Part shown: piece after piece, positions 63,377 to 64,000 of the stretch
Position numbering within the stretch: the first letter of the stretch is position 1
How the letters are laid out: each line of letters begins with the position of its first letter
Origin: an uncultured Lachnospiraceae bacterium
GTDB taxonomy: Bacteria; Bacillota; Clostridia; Lachnospirales; Lachnospiraceae
DNA length: 64,000 nucleotides
Direction of reading: 5' to 3'
NCBI GenBank assembly: GCA_934309145.1
Contig: CAKRCW010000006.1
Coordinates: forward strand, 77,905 to 141,904
Position numbers and translations under genes: made by a program
Notes under the pieces: generated by a model
Seen by the model: the letters and a program-made list of their open reading frames with translations, nothing else
The model's database searches: none
What the model was told of the DNA's origin: nothing

Positions 63377-64000
63377 TTGGATAAGAGTGAGAGAATATCC
63401 TCATTTATCAGATCTTATATACATGATGACGAGGGAGCTTTAGGAGATATATATACAAATGCAGTATCAAGAGGAGTTCCTGTCATAAGACCAGAGACCA
63501 GAGAATTTATCAAGACACAGATTATGCTTGCTAAGCCTGCCAATGTTCTTGAGATAGGAACAGCGGTAGGCTATTCTGCACTATACATGATAGGTCATAT
63601 GCCTGCTGATGGACATATAACTACGATAGAATTATCTGCTGAGAGAGCTTCGGAAGCAAGAAGGAATATTACCTTATGTGGCAGAGATAAGCAGATAGAG
63701 GTATGTGAGGGAGATGCGGCAGAGGTTTTAAAGAAGCTTGATGGAAGCTATGACATGGCATTTGTGGATGCTGCAAAAGGTCAGTACATGGTATATCTTC
63801 CAGAGGTTATGCGGCTTGTCAGAGTAGGAGGAGTTATAATCACAGATAATATTCTTCAGGAGGGTGAGGTATTAGAGTCGCATTTTACGGTAGCTAAGCG
63901 TGACAGGACTATACATGACAGAATGAGAGAATATATATATGAGCTTATGAATAACGAGGAGCTTGCAACTTCCATAATTCCTGTTGGAGATGGAGTTGCT
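63377..64000 (+). CDS. class I SAM-dependent O-methyltransferase (YrrM/TrmR-like), 3'-truncated by window edge
   Basis: The frame is open from TTG 63377 to the window end. VLEIGTAVGYSALYM (motif I), FVDAAKGQY and GGVIITDNIL are typical of the caffeoyl-CoA O-methyltransferase-like family. Confidence 0.85.
   Translation, partial: MDKSERISSFIRSYIHDDEGALGDIYTNAVSRGVPVIRPETREFIKTQIMLAKPANVLEIGTAVGYSALYMIGHMPADGHITTIELSAERASEARRNITLCGRDKQIEVCEGDAAEVLKKLDGSYDMAFVDAAKGQYMVYLPEVMRLVRVGGVIITDNILQEGEVLESHFTVAKRDRTIHDRMREYIYELMNNEELATSIIPVGDGVA

Noticed and set aside
1-64000. A search by eye for CRISPR arrays, tRNA/rRNA genes, IS elements, integrases, toxin-antitoxin pairs and known phage-defence gene signatures.
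   Set aside because: None was recognised. Every intergenic region over 100 nt is accounted for by promoters, terminators or the hairpin elements reported above.

Overview
This looks like core chromosome from a low-GC Gram-positive bacterium. Gene content (PolC, SigG, a PASTA Ser/Thr kinase, CIRCE, [FeFe]-hydrogenase) points to Clostridia, possibly Lachnospiraceae-like; that assignment is my inference. I support about 58 protein genes, almost all on the + strand and tightly packed, many with ATGA or short overlaps. I recognised no rRNA, tRNA, CRISPR array, IS element or prophage.

Gene blocks:
1. Sulfur assimilation: cysK, an Rrf2 regulator, metY.
2. A mixed block: PurF-like protein, orphan response regulator, pncB, [FeFe]-hydrogenase plus FHA protein, sigG, argH.
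3. A five-gene cluster of uncharacterised envelope or Cys-rich proteins (11988-15445).
4. htpG behind a CIRCE element, then icd.
5. An atypical chaperone operon: J-like/TPR giant protein, HscC-like Hsp70, Hsp20.
6. A block syntenic with the B. subtilis 'ylo' region: rqcH, yicC, gmk, rpoZ, murE, priA, def, fmt, rsmB, rlmN, prpC, prkC, rsgA, rpe, thiN.
7. putP, an rlmH pair, a HAD hydrolase, a PEP-utilising enzyme with an alpha/beta hydrolase, and a bactofilin.
8. pyrH, frr, uppS, cdsA, dxr, rseP, ispG, polC.
9. ireB-like, ruvX, DUF1292, rnj, ylbF-like, mltG-N-like, and a 3'-partial O-methyltransferase.

Nothing here is a clear-cut new defence or mobile system. The items most worth a second look:
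- a tail-to-tail pair of RlmH paralogues with complementary motif loss (43120-44031);
- the J-like(NPE)-TPR / Hsp70 / Hsp20 operon (19675-24872);
- a 198-nt hairpin element whose G-U pairs favour the + strand (26689-26886);
- a PurF paralogue lacking the catalytic Cys1 (3113-4516);
- the uncharacterised cluster at 11988-15445;
- twin ATAGGAATT palindromes bracketing the metY promoter (1222-1318).

All functional calls come from reading the translations and recalling family motifs. No database search was run.
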